NCBI RefSeq assembly: GCF_000150275.1
Contig: NW_002060948.1
Coordinates: forward strand, 2,844,180 to 2,908,179
Direction of reading: 5' to 3'
Origin: Trichoplax adhaerens
Lineage: Eukaryota > Animalia > Placozoa
DNA length: 64,000 nt
The notes beneath the pieces were generated by a model. That model saw only the letters and a list, made by a program, of their open reading frames with translations. It was not told where the DNA came from and did not search any database. Below are positions 1 through 14,200 of the stretch, piece after piece. Numbering within the stretch: position 1 is the first letter of the stretch; each line of letters begins with the position of its first letter. A program made the position numbers and the translations under genes.

Positions 1-1065
1 TAAGAAGGGAAGAAGAAAAAATCTACCTTGTGATAAAATCTAGATTTGTACCTTGTTAATATGACAATAATGACTCTACTTTGATGCTGAGTAAATTAAT
101 TAATAAGAATATGAATGATAAAAAGTGGCGTTCTATGTCTCGTTCAAGAAATAATCTGGGTTTGGGTTATATAGGGAAGTATTCATTTTAAAAATAATTT
201 TAATTATTAATATTGAATAAATGGGTGTTGGATATAATTTATGCGTATAATCAAGGTTAATGATTTTATTTTTCTCCGTAACAATAATAATACCCATGCG
301 TATGATAAAATATTACGTGGAATAATTCGATCATCCATGTCGATATTGACACTAGCTTATAACTCGAGCTGGCGCATTAAAAATAATAAAAGGAAGAATA
401 TTTTTAGATGAAAATATGTATTTTATTTAAGTCTATTTGTACGATTTAAAATAATGAAAAGACGGGACTTAATATCAACTTTTTGCCCTAAAGGTAAAAA
501 AATGGGATGGAAAAGCCTATTATGTTTTATGTTATCTTCTAAACATGAAGAAGTGTCTGATTATACTTCTATTTTATTTCCTTCCTCTACCGATTTATTC
601 AATCATGCTTCCATATTTAATATCGCCTTTCATCTTATTTTTGAATGCTGTTCTTGGATTGTTTATATTATAATCAATCACTGCTTTATTATTTTAATTT
701 TGGTCATATTTTTTATTGTTGTCGGATATTTTTTACCGTGTTGTTGATATTTATTTTTATAATCTTACTTTAGATTAATTTTCAATAGCAGTTTGATGAT
801 TTTAAAAATGAAACACTATTAGTCGTATTAAACTTTAAGAATAGGAATAGCTAAGCCAATCTTTTGTTTAATTATGATGGTTTGTTTTTTGATTACTTTA
901 TATTTAGACTACAGACAACCCCTTCCATTCATTTTGGATTTTTCTATGGTCGACGTATTGGTATTAAAGGATAAACTCGACCTCGTCCATTTATAACAGT
1001 ATACAAGTACCTGTCGCTACTTACTGAAATAGTGGCCTTATTAGAGCTGTCCGATCTTACATAAC

Positions 1066-4000
1066 ATGGCTTCGATGAACATCAAGATTTCCTTCTTCAT
1101 AGCGTTATTCTGCTTAGGTAACTAAATATTGCTGCCACTAATATTTTTATTCGTATGCCCGTAGAATTTTAATTGGAAATTTCGCCGATTTTAATGAAAC
1201 CATATTCATATTATTGTGGCGATAACAACAAATACTTTTAACTATACGTACTGTCTTATCGAGAGAGAACGCCTATTATCAAATTAAAAGTATAATTTTC
1301 ACTTTCTATAACTATACAAGTAAGATAAATGTTATTCCAGTGAGTAGATAAAGTATACTTTCGTTCATGATATTTATGATTAGAATTTGCTAACGACACC
1401 TGTGATTTATTTTACTGAAATAAATTAAGACGACTACTCCAATGTTGCGTAAATTCATTTGGAAGATATCTATAAAATTGACACTATTAACCATGCACTA
1501 AATAACAAGTTGCCCTAATATAATAAAATGACTTTCTGCTTGCAGCTTTCGAGAATTCCCATGGTGCTACACAGAATTCGATTATAGATAGTGGTAATTC
1601 GATTGTAACCTTAGTTATCAAGAATCGGCCGTATACATCACTATATAGATATAAAGACAAAGAGCCTTACTTAAGCTTAATCGCCGAATTCAAGTCAGGG
1701 GTAAGCCTACATTACGATAATGTCAAATATTGAATTTGCTTTGAAATTTGATCCATGTTTGCTTCTAGAATATAAATTTTTCAAAGACTACTTTTCTATT
1801 ATCTTAAAATAGCTTATTTAAGTAAAGCGGGTACGCGTAGGCTATCGGAGAAAGAGTAAAAAAGAAGTTCCTTTCAAATATTTATACTCCGATCATTAGA
1901 AATAAAAACTGAAACCAATCTTATAAATATTTAGATGTGATTTATACTATTTAAAGTTTACTCTAAGCGAATTTCTAGAAGCATAAGTAAATTAATTGTT
2001 GATCTTAGATTATTTTTATACTTTAATACAATCCTACTTCAGAAAAACATACATGGAAGATGAACGGTTGAGGATATATTCATGAGTACAGCTTGTATAT
2101 ATATAGAGTATATTTATCGCATATACTTATAATGAGTTTGGGATATATATTTACGGCGATCAGGTATAACGCTAAACTGAATATTTACTCGAAATTTAGA
2201 CCTGTTAAATGATAGGATAAAAAATATGGTCAAAGTCCATTCTGTAGTTCTACCCTCAATCTAATTTATTGTAGTTTCACATCAGTATGAACGTAGTATC
2301 TCCTCATCAGTTAAGTCTACCATTTTCACATATACGTATTGGAAATGTCATTAATAAACGTTTAAATTACAGTCCATTGAAAATTTGCGGTATCGCTTCG
2401 GTTCCTTATTCACATCCAATATGTTATGATTTTTACTAAGATAAAGTTTATTATCCAATCTGATTGGATAATTAAGTAGGTGATTTTATCCTAGTATTTT
2501 TAATGGATAAAATAATGTGATGAAAGTGACTTTATTAGTTAAGATTTTGATTATGGATTTGCTATTAAGCTGATATTCAATTTGCAATTTATCTTTTTTG
2601 ATGGGTTATTATCCATCTCTCTTGCTAAAAATAACAACTTTAGATAATAACCATGATGCTTGGAGCTGTTGGAAACTATACTCTTCCGCGCATAGGATCC
2701 GCAAAGTATGTTGCTCTGGAGAATCACGTTATTATGTGACAAGTTAAATAGCCTTTATTTCTTTCAGTAGGATTTTATAATCACTAATATGCAATATAAT
2801 TAATTTACTATTTATTATGAATAATTTATCATATTCTTATTAGCCTTAGTGTAATGTTGTATTTTCTATTTTGCATTCAGCCAAGTGTAACGTTGAAGTG
2901 ATGGGATATCATCATGTATTAATTATGAGAAATTGATCATACCGGTACTTTATGCCATGATTTGGCTGTATAGACGCGTGATAACGGCATAAGAAATCTC
3001 AAAACGCTTTACACATAGTTTTTCACACCTGATCAATTTATTTCATGAGAATATTTAAAGAAAATGAAAAATATATTAATATTTAAAATTTTATCGAGGA
3101 AAATAGATAAATTATTTTTAATTCTTAATATTGATCATCGATTGAAAGGAGTTGATATGATTGTCATGAAACGCAATATCAGAATTTTTGTTCTCAAGTA
3201 GTTTACTTGTTCAGTTAATGCCGTCTATATTGTCATCTACATTAATTTTAAATTGATTAGTCGATAGAAAGAAAATTAACTATCATAGTTATGATGAGAA
3301 ATCGTTTACCAATATTGTTCGAGGGTGAACTTAAATAAAAATAGTCAATCCGTCTAGGATTGTCTGATTTTTTAAATGTTAATTCAAATATTTTTGTTTG
3401 ACGTCAATTGAATTAATTATTTAATCCTTTCAAATGATTTAACCTTATTGGTATTGTGTTTTTATATTTTCAAAATATCCGGTCATGCATTGATAAATGG
3501 TAATAGATCAGAATCTTATTGTCAGCTATCAACTCCTGTTCCTACCGCTGTCGGCAATACTGTACCGACTGCTTTGCCAACTGATTGCAGGTAATCTATG
3601 AAGAGATAATATTAGCTGTACATATTTATGTCGTAATCCTGGTGAAAATATTGACGTCAAGATGATAGAATGAGAAAATGGTTTAGTTTATTTTCAGCTG
3701 TTATTTCAGATTTTAATATTTTAATCTTTCAATCAATTAATCAATCAATCAATAGCTTCTTAATGATAAGCTCTAATTAAGTGCTCAATAAAAGAACGTA
3801 TTTTAATGGAAAATGAGTATCAGTCAGGATTGGAGCATTATAACTTTATACAGATAGCTTAGATTAATTTGCAAATTACTTGAATTTGAATATAATGCCA
3901 TTGTCATCGAGGATTGTATTCATCGTAGAGTCACTATTTCTTGCCATGATTGGAATTTGTATCTTGTTAGATAAGATTAAAAGTGCAGCTTGATTACGTA

Positions 4001-7000
4001 ATTTGTCATTAGAAATTTGAAAGCATAATTCTAGTATACTATACGGTTATTTTCAACATATAATTTAGTTTAAATGAATAAGATAACTGGGAGCCTTGAA
4101 GTAGCTTGGGGTGGCGGAATCATTTGCTCGATCTTGATGACTACCTTAATGAGAAAAGCGGTATTCGAATTTAATACTATCAACAATTCAAATAGTGGTA
4201 ATATAGCATTGTCACAAACCAACTTCGTGACAAAGATAATGTAAAACAAATCTCTAAATTACTATAGTCTCCGGGATTCAGTATCTCTTAACTACCTCAC
4301 AAGAATTTAGACGCCTTTGCTTCTACGTTAAAACAACTATATAACTCTTTTATTCAACTATCTGCCGAGCTTAAATACCCTTCGGCAGCAGCTATCATGT
4401 ATGAGCCATAACAGTTCACGAAATTTAGCTCATATTGGATGGCTAAATTAAAATAGACATCATTCATAATTTTGGACTTTTGCTGAACGATTCTAGATAA
4501 TTAGACTACAGTATGCCTACACACAGAATTAATTATAGTATCATCTATAATTGAATATCTTTAGGATATTCATTACAAGCGTTACAAGACATAACGCTAT
4601 CATTAATTAATGTTACTTACCTTATGAGAACTCTTACTGCAATACAGCATAATTTACTGTAACAAAATAATAACTACTGTAGTTCTTACTGTAAGTCATT
4701 ATTAGTTATCTCCATATATAAATGTTAAACACTAAAATTAGTCATTTACTCTTCACGGTATTTTGTACCGTGACAAGTATTTAGAGCATATTTGATGAAA
4801 CGGAATAAAATAGACAAGTAATTATAGCTAATGTAGACGCTCTGAATTTTGTTATGTGGCTAGAAGGCTAAACGAACACATAGTTTTGACAATAGCTTTA
4901 GATAATTGATAGTGTATAATCTAACGTTCGATTCTAACCTTCAATGTAGTCTACTATTACCAGATCAGAAAGCAATATTCTTTTATTATGATCATCACTA
5001 ATCAATTTGCTAGCATCATTTCTGCCTAAAAGTAATATTGATTCTTGAATACTTAAGATTCGTAACTACTATTAATTATTGAATATGTATTGGCCAAGTT
5101 ATTGCCATCTTATCCGATCACTAATAGCGCATTTTTTTAAACATTTTCATCCAAATTTTATTGGTACTGCATCTATCAACCGAGCAGCAGTAAATATGTC
5201 AAAATTTCGGGTATTTTACATTTTGAGTACTATATCAATACCGGCTTTCGGCGAAATGGAATTAAAGAAATTTGGGATAAGGCCATGGCCTTGGGCTTTA
5301 TAGGCAATTTTGAATTAATTCCAGAAAAATGTGTATTGAAACTTGAATTGGTAAATTAGCAAATTTCCTTTCTAAATGCAACTTGATTTACTGCCGTATT
5401 AAACAAACTTATTATGTCTATTCGTATGCTATTGTCAAGCAAGATAACTTTAATTCTTTCTTACGGATCATTTTTTTGCCAATTATTTCTCTTAGTTTGT
5501 TAATTCAGAAAACTTAAATAGTAAAGTGCAATCAGACAATAAGAATGATAATGGAACCGATTATAAAGCAGCTTTTCGAAAAGCCGTACGTTCTATGTCT
5601 GAAATTGGTAATGGTTTATCCTTGATTGGCGCTTTTTTGACATTTTTCACATTAATATCTTTCAGGTATTAATATGTCTATTCTATTCAATATCTTTGTG
5701 TTGTTTTTATAGTTTTTAGCTAGGATCCATTTGAGTAAATAGGATATAGTTAAGGATTATGCAATAATGTTGACCCATATTAATTGAATTAATAAAGTAC
5801 TGGATATTAAGTTATATTAGTAGGATACTATGTTGAAGATATAGCGCCAACATTCCAATGATTCTCATAACGCAGTCTTCTATGAGCCTGCTTTATTATT
5901 GAATCTTTTTTACTGTTACTTTGACTGACTAGCATTTCTTATATTGAATTTCTTGTAGTAAATTACGGAAAAGGAAGAGCAATTTAATTATCTGTATCTT
6001 ATGCATCAGTGTAGCTGCCGTCAATATATTAAATTTCGCTGTGCAACGATCTGCTGATTATCCTATCCCTTGCCTAATTGTCGCTATTCTCAGCCATTTC
6101 TTCTTATTATCTAAAATTATCTGGATGACTATTTTAGCTTTCCACTTATACTTTGAATTGATTAAAGTTTATTCTACTGTCAATCTCTTAACTACTTCTA
6201 AATTGATCTTGATCACTACTGTGATAGGATTTGGTAAGTGAAAAAAAGCAATCTATCCATTTTCTCTGTCATGATAGAGAGCTGTATCGCAACTATGTTT
6301 AAGAACAAGTCCGATTTACGTTCTAATTTATCTCATCCTCTCTTTCATCGTTATTTCTAGGTATACCAATCCTAGTAGTCGGTATAGCTTATATTGCTGA
6401 TGGCGACAAAATCTATGGCAGGAATGCCAATGGATTGTAAGTTTTAAATTAATTTAAATTAGCTATAGTATGCAACCGTTTCAACAGCGGAAGCAAATTT
6501 CTGTATTATAGATTCCAGTTATCGATCGATCTTATACTTTATAAATCACTTTAACATCAAATCGATATCATTAGATTCTACTGCGTGCTGATGGATTTAA
6601 TACTTCAAATAAAGTTCTCGGTCGAGCTTATGCTTTATAAATTACTTCAATATTATAATCCATATTATTAGATTTTACTGTACGCCGATTGATATGACTC
6701 TTTACAACTATCGTTATTTTTATGATCTAGCTGTTGGATGAATGCCGTCCATGCTGATGCACTTTTCATCTATCCTATGCTCGCCTTAGTAGGCGTTAAC
6801 TTTGTTATTTTCATCTTGATCTTCTACCAAGTTCGTAAATTATCCAAAGATCGAGATGGCAATTTTACTCTATCGCAAATGAGGGCATTAATGGCTTTAG
6901 TCACAGCTCTAGGTCTTGCTTGGATATTTGTATTATTGACTTATATCGAAAAACCAGTCTTTCTAAAAAATATTGCTGAAGTCCTTTTTGTCGTTTGTAC

Positions 7001-7646
7001 TTCATTGCAAGGCTTCTTCCTCTATTACTTTTACTGTGTATCTAAAGATGAAGTCAGAGCTTGCTATATGAAATTATTCGGTTACCAACCACTCAGTCAA
7101 ACACAGAGCGGTACTTCTACTAAGCCAACGAATGGTAGTTCACGAAATTTAACACGTATAGGAAGGGATTTAAGGTCTTATCATTCAGAGAAATCTATTT
7201 CACCTAGTGTTTCAACGCAAAAAATTGCTGAAAATACGACTTATAAGACTAATTTAACATCCAATGATACCACCAAACGAGGTAGTGCATGTAGTAGTTT
7301 AACTGGTTCACAGTTAGAAAAAATTGAAGAAGAGAATATTGCTAATGCAGAAGAAGCGAAGGAGGTGAAATCGAGTGCAGAGAAAGCAATATCAAGCAAT
7401 GATGGTAATTCAGGTACGGTTAATATCGCTTTTGAAGCTGAATCAGCTAGCTCAAAATCCACTAATGAAGATGAAATCACTTTCGAGGGTAAAAAGAAAG
7501 AGAAAAGAGTTAGTCTTCAAATCAATGGTAAGATTGAATTCCCAGAAAAGTCAGTAGAATTGACTATTGAAGAAGTCAAGCCAGAAATTCAAATTGCAGA
7601 CGCTAGTAAAGAATATGATATAACTGCCAATGATGATAGAGTATAA
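1066..7646 (+). CDS. Adhesion/secretin-like (family B2-type) 7TM GPCR with N-terminal SEA-like domain and no GAIN/GPS; paralog A, ~649 aa, 9 exons
   Basis: Hand-spliced GT-AG exons 1066-1117, 1546-1700, 2644-2705, 3507-3590, 5191-5350, 5496-5665, 5959-6233, 6361-6436 and 6731-7646 total 1950 nt in one open frame. Signal peptide MASMNIKISFFIALFCLAF. SEA-like VTLVIKNRPYTSLYRYKDKEPYLSLIAEFKSG...IKEIWDKAMALGFIGNFEL. TM motifs EIGNGLSLIG, CLIVAILSHFFLLSKIIWM, CWM, ALGLAWIF, TSLQGFF. Long S/T- and E/K-rich C-tail. Confidence 0.88.
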
Positions 7647-10600
7647 GCAAACATTAACTTTTATTTCAGCTCTGCAATTATCTACTATACAAGTTTGTTA
7701 GAACTAATCAAGTCATGGTCAATCCATGGCATTGATTTAATGATCATCGTTGCAGTCATAGAACGCCTTTGTATTTGTAAATTGCTTCATAATTCTAATT
7801 TTATCGTGTTCATCTCGGTATGTTAAGACAAGAGTGGTTTTATTAATTTCATTCATCATTACTATATTATTACAATCGAATAATAAAATTGACTTATTGG
7901 ATCGATATACTTGCCATTATAACAGCAGTCTAAAGCCAGAGGTATAGAATTCATTTGATTTTCATTTCACTACTGTGACTGCATTCTTGTAGCTTAAAGA
8001 TAGAAACAGTCTGATTCGATTCAACTATCGATTGTTATATCGGCAACTAAATATCAATAACTTACCTGATCTATTGCTATTGCCGCAGTTTTTCAATTTA
8101 ATGGTAAAGGTAAAGTTATAATCGGCTTATTCTTGCTATCATTACTCTAACTTTTCAATAGATTGATAGTGGTAAATTTATTATGCGATTGCATTTCCCG
8201 TTATCATTGTATTCTACTGTATCGGTAGAGGCAATATCTACTGTGCTTGATCAAATTCCCATTTCAGTAATATTGAATTAAAATAGTATAACTTGAATGG
8301 TTCTTAATTATGTTATTATGCTACTGCAATTAAAGGCTAAATAACTAATATAACCAATTGAATGGCTACTTTTGGCAATCTCGATTCAATTACAATTGAT
8401 TTGATCTATCTATGTCATAAAAAACTATAATGTAATAGGTGTGCAAATTCTTCAATTGGATTATATTATTATCGTAAAACTTTTATCTGTTAGCTTTAAA
8501 CTGTGTGTTAAGGTAGTTTCTGAAACTTGGTTCCATGCCACAATCACGGTTTCAATTTTATTTTATTTTCCGGTTGTTAATAACTTTGCTTTCAATCATT
8601 TGGCGTTTGTAATTTTAAGAATATAAATGAGGTGTGATTTAGATTACTACTCATAGGCATAAAATTTTATGATTCGTTCTCTTTATCGAGACTATTCTCT
8701 GAAGATAATCAATATTCTAAGTATATAGATCATCTGCAATAGAAAATAGCAGCTCTTGTTTTTAAAACAGCTATCAACTTATTTGTTGTTATGATTGATA
8801 ATATCTTCTACAATTTTATTCATTCACCATATGATAATGTGGTCAACGTTATTCTTTCATTTTTTCTTATTCAATAAGGTTGAAGTTATTGTGATTTCAG
8901 CTATTATCGACTATTAACGATTATCAAATTCATTTTTTCTGTTATTTCTTTCAGTAAATTGAAAGTTAAAAATAAAATTAATTTAATGGCGTAAAAGACT
9001 TTAGGTAGTAAACCGATCCTTTACTAATATGTTAGTCCTTTCTTGGATTTGATTAGCGCACTCGCGTATGAGACATGGAAATAGAATTTAAGCTTAACGC
9101 ATGATGTAAAAAAGTGAGCTCATTAATTTATTGCTTACGTATAGGGATGTCAACGATCTATAATGTATCTACTGCAAGACTTGAGCAAATAGTTTATAGT
9201 TATCACGAGGTATTAATCTTGATAAATTATCTCAAGATTAAAATGAGGACCCAAAGTACTCTACTTAGATTTATTGTCACTAGACTATATACTTAAAACG
9301 TAAGTAGCCACAAATTCATACGTTATCATTATTTACTAATATGGTATCTCTTAATATATTCTGAGTATTTTCGTGATAGTAGATTAAGGTATGGAAAATA
9401 GCACGCCAGGTCATAGCCTGTGGGTAATCTATTTTATTTTACTGTCAGTACTGTTTATACTCTCATTTATGAATGGACAAGAAACTCATTTCATGAGAAA
9501 CTGTAAATGGAATAATAGCTGTCATAATTTCAAAATTTGTAATTGTTCTCGCGATGGTATTTAGTACTTGTGTAATGACTAACATTACTATTAATTGTCA
9601 GGGTTTTAGATGTAGTTTTATACAGTATAATTATCTTACATTAACAATTTGCGCTTGAGTAGGACTTCTTTAAAATAGACAGTATTTAAGGTCATGTAAC
9701 TTAAATAAAGAAGAGATAAGGAGATCGAAGAGATTTGTAATTATTTATTACACGTATATGATTAGTTTTGATCTTGTTAGTCGTTGGTAACATATCGGCT
9801 TTGGTTTAGTTTCGCGTTGGTAACTTCTCGTTCTCTCCTCACGAAATAAATTGATTATATTGACGGATCTACAAGTTTGGTCATTATTAATTACTCTATA
9901 TCAACAATAATAATCAAACACGAGAGAAAACCTTTTTGTAACTACGGCAATTTACGAGACCAAGGAAAACTTGATAGGAGGTTTTGCTATAAATCATCTT
10001 GAATAAGAATCAATCAATAATACATTAACGATAAAATCGAGGAGAATAGCATAGAAATCCAAGCTAAATTTATTGGCCTCAATAATAATTCTGAGAACTT
10101 AATTTGATTTTGATAATTGCAACAATTTGGGATACCTAGGAAAACTCTGCAACAGAATAGTCGGCATAAATTATCTATAAATAAAAGCCAGTTCATACAC
10201 TAATTTATTCAGTCGAGATAAGTAATATCATAGAAATCCCATCTTAATCCACTGATTACCCATTATTCTTGATATTGAAAGTAGATGTCATAATGTAGGA
10301 TTAAATTAGATAGAAACTTGTCTTCAATTGCTTATTTTCTTAACCTTAATTTCCTTTGTGGACTATCTTGACTTTGATGTTATTAAGAAGAGTTTATGGT
10401 AATTAAGCATCACCGATTTCTATTCATTTATTTTCCTTAAGATCCATGTAACAATGCAAATTCCTTTCAGGACATTTAATCATTTTCCACTGAATGGCTT
10501 TCGGATATCAATACTTGATAATAAATAAAATCAGTTTATTGTCTACCCTACTTCAATGGCTATACATAATTTTTATATGCTTAACGAATTTTCACTCCGT

Positions 10601-11255
10601 CGACACTACTGCACTATCAAAAAGTAAAGAATTCCGAGATTGATATCTATTCATCGAAATGCTAAAAGTGTTGTTTAAGATTACTCTTTGATGTTTTTAT
10701 TGCTTAGAAGGAATAAAGCAACAAATTATGATTTCTATTTCTTTCTTGTATGACCATTGCTCAGTTCTATCTGTAATTACTCATCGCGGCAATGAGAGAT
10801 TGAATTGATTTTTACTGCAGGAAATAAGCCCTTGAAAGCTTCAATTACATAATGAACTGATCAATAATTGAATTATTCTTACCTTGAAATCAGACGGTAA
10901 ATAAAAACTATTTAGGGAATAAATGGTAAGATATGACATTCTTTCTTCTAATCTAATTAGAGCTATCTTGATAACATTCTTAATATTGTTAAATACCTCA
11001 ATATTTATTTATTAAGTCATTTGAAAGGCCGTAGATATCTGATAGCTATTATGCGCATGAAGATTGTATTATCAATCATCATCATCATTTTGTTCCTTTT
11101 GCTTATTAAAATAAAATCCTTTCAATTAATACCAACATTGATAGATAAATATCTTAAAAAATTCTGATATTTTTATCATTTTCAACAAATTCAATTCAAT
11201 TGTAAAACTTGTTTATACTTTTATACAAATACGAAAAATCGCTCTATCTAGCAAG

Positions 11256-14200
11256 ATGTGTTTAAAACTTTATCTTCTGTTAGCAATTGCTATCAGTCAT
11301 CTCGGTAAGTTTTTTACTAGCCAAGATTAATTCTACTCTATATATATATTTTAGAAGTTAGAAGTTATAAATTCCAGTCTCGCGCCATACTTGGCCTACT
11401 TTTACTACCATATGTCATTGTGGTAAAGGATTTCCATAACTTTTAATTCTTGTTAAACAATTTTTAACATATCAGGTGTACAGTGATATAACTTATGCTG
11501 TACACGTATATCAATATACTGATAGATCATTAGCTCTCCTTTAATTAAATTGATTTATATTTGTCCGTAGATTTATGTATTGGCAAGTACTGTAATGATG
11601 ATGATGTGAAAGGGTGCGGTTATGTCTTGATGCAGTTGTATATAATTAATCGACCATACCTTCCTAGCTACCGAGATGAATATCATAAATCTTCGGTCTT
11701 ATTTCAATCTGAATTGCAAAATAGCGTAAGTGCTGTGGTTTTAAGTGATTAGTAAGAATTAGCAACAATAATTATAATTATTAATGATAGGGATGTTATT
11801 TTTACTATATTAAAAATTAGATTCTTGAAGAGTTCTCTAGTGTTGGCTGGAATTTTACCGATGTCGATATCATTGAAATTGGGTATGAATTTTTCGTATG
11901 TAATACTTTTCTTTAACATCATCTCTTTAATTTATGATGATTACTATTTTATGTAAATAATTCTTGTACTCGATTTATGAATAGAAATTTATGAGATTAG
12001 GGTATCTAGGCTCCTCATATCTTAGAGCGTTTTGTTGGTCGATTGATAATGATCAGTAATTGAAATAAATCTAAGTTGTACCATAAGTTGAATTTAAAAG
12101 TTCGCTACGGTAGATAATATAAAATAGCAATATGTTAACATTTGAAGCGCCTAACATATCTAATGATTACTTTCAGAGCCCATGAAAAAATGCTAGCATT
12201 TATTCTTTTACGGTTACGTCTAAAGTAATGACCGACAGTAAATCTGTTCAGTTAGAACTGAAACTTTGGGTCATATTAATCTCCACTTGCTTCTAGTCAG
12301 TTTTCTGTATGCCTTTACGTGAACTCTTGAGTGTATTTTTCGATTTTTTATTAGTTTCGATAGTTGGTGAAATATCTTGGCCATATGAACAAGATTGCTT
12401 ATGCTTAAACACCAATGTATTAGAGTTTGTTAAACATGATGTTTATTTTCGCTTCATTATCATTCAGTATTATACATCAATGCATTAATTTCTTTTATCA
12501 TGGTAAAAAATTAATTATACTAGCGGGTCTCGTATTCACCCAAATCGTTGTTCTTAACTTCGCATTAGATTTCGTTGATTGCTGACTGTTAGTCTTACGC
12601 GTATTAATAAGAGCAGCTTTTTAAATCTCGAGCTAGTATAGATCGATCAAAATCATTCTTAAATTTACAAACATTATCAGAAACAGCCGTATCAGATATA
12701 TATCTGAGCTTTATTTGGCCTTAATATTTCTGTTTTATATCACTTAATTCGATTATGATTTTTTATAGTTATAATCATCATTAAGGCTGTTATTCTAGCT
12801 ATCGTAGATAATTTGTATCAAGTTTATTAAATTGCTATTACAAATGTGAAAGGGTTTGTTTTAATATCGCTCAATATCAATGTAAGAAAAGTACAATATT
12901 TTGGTGTCAAATATAAACTAAAATCTTATAGAAAGGATTCTATGGCTCTATTAGGAGATATCTCTGATAAATCTTGTTGTCAAGAATATAAAGTATTAGG
13001 TTTAAATAGGTTATTTTTTTCTAGCAAAATAAGAAATTACGATATGTAGTTTATCTTTCTTGAAATGAAGTGAAAGTTGCTTATTCTTACTAGCATATAG
13101 TACCGTGCATACTCGTATATCCGGTAATGAGTATTAAAAGCGTCCCAAATAGTTTATTAACAATAATATTCATAAAATACATATTTGATTTTTTAACATT
13201 AATAATGTTAAGAGTACAATTATTATTCTGTTTCTTGCGTATGAAGTACTACTTTATCATAAATACTACAATAAGAGAAAATAATAATTGAAAGAAGGCA
13301 TTAGAGGATATCTGATATTAATTCGATCGGCAATCTATTCACTGCATTCTCTGCCATGTAGACAATAATAGAAATGATATCGGATATGGACTATAAATAT
13401 TTTGATATTGTTTATATTCCACAGAATGTGCTAACGCGTTAGAGATTAATAATAAATAGTACTAATATTAACTCTGTTTTGGATTAAAATAGTCCCGCGA
13501 TATATTGTGACTCAGCGACAGCCCCGCCAGTCCGGAAAATGGCCTCTTCTACTGCATCTTGCAGGTAAGACTTAATTTAGAGTTTAAAAATTGACATATC
13601 TCTACGTGATTGCAATCTATTCATATCTTGCAAATAACAGTAGACTTTAAATAATTTTTAAATTTTTTGACAGCGTTCTTGTGATGTAAATGCATTATTA
13701 GTAAGATAATTGTCCCATACTTGTCAAATGTCATTATCTACCGCACCAATTTAACTGCAGTTCGGTCTTATAAGCTGTCAAGGAAATTTCTTTTTCATCT
13801 GGGTCTAAATGGGTTAAAATAATTATTGTTTTTCCTGAAAAATCATAAGAAAGTAACTTCAAAATAGCAAACTACCGTAAATGAAATTTATATATGCTTT
13901 AATTCAATCATTTCATTGATGCTATTAGGAAATATTCGGAAAATGAGAGTAAAAATTTATCAAAAATTTTTATTTAATTACAAAGGCGTATTATAGAAGA
14001 CAGTATGTATTACTGTTTCTTGACTAATAGAAAAAGAGAAGTAGGCGATTAGTTTCCAATACGATGATGTAAATTCCGGCAGTATAGAAATTGATAGTGT
14101 GTGAATCCAAAATGCAACTTCTTTAATGTCATTAATAAATAAAGTACTAGAATAAGCAAGTGATTCAAATCTGTCTTCTCCATAACAAGAATTAGCATAA

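Noticed and set aside
454-747. 97-aa hydrophobic ORF upstream of receptor A
   Set aside because: T-rich low-complexity sequence with no recognisable family or splice support.
4083-4400. Possible extra (GAIN-like) exons in receptor A intron 4
   Set aside because: The candidate frames have stops or incompatible phases, there is no counterpart in paralog B, and the model is complete without them.
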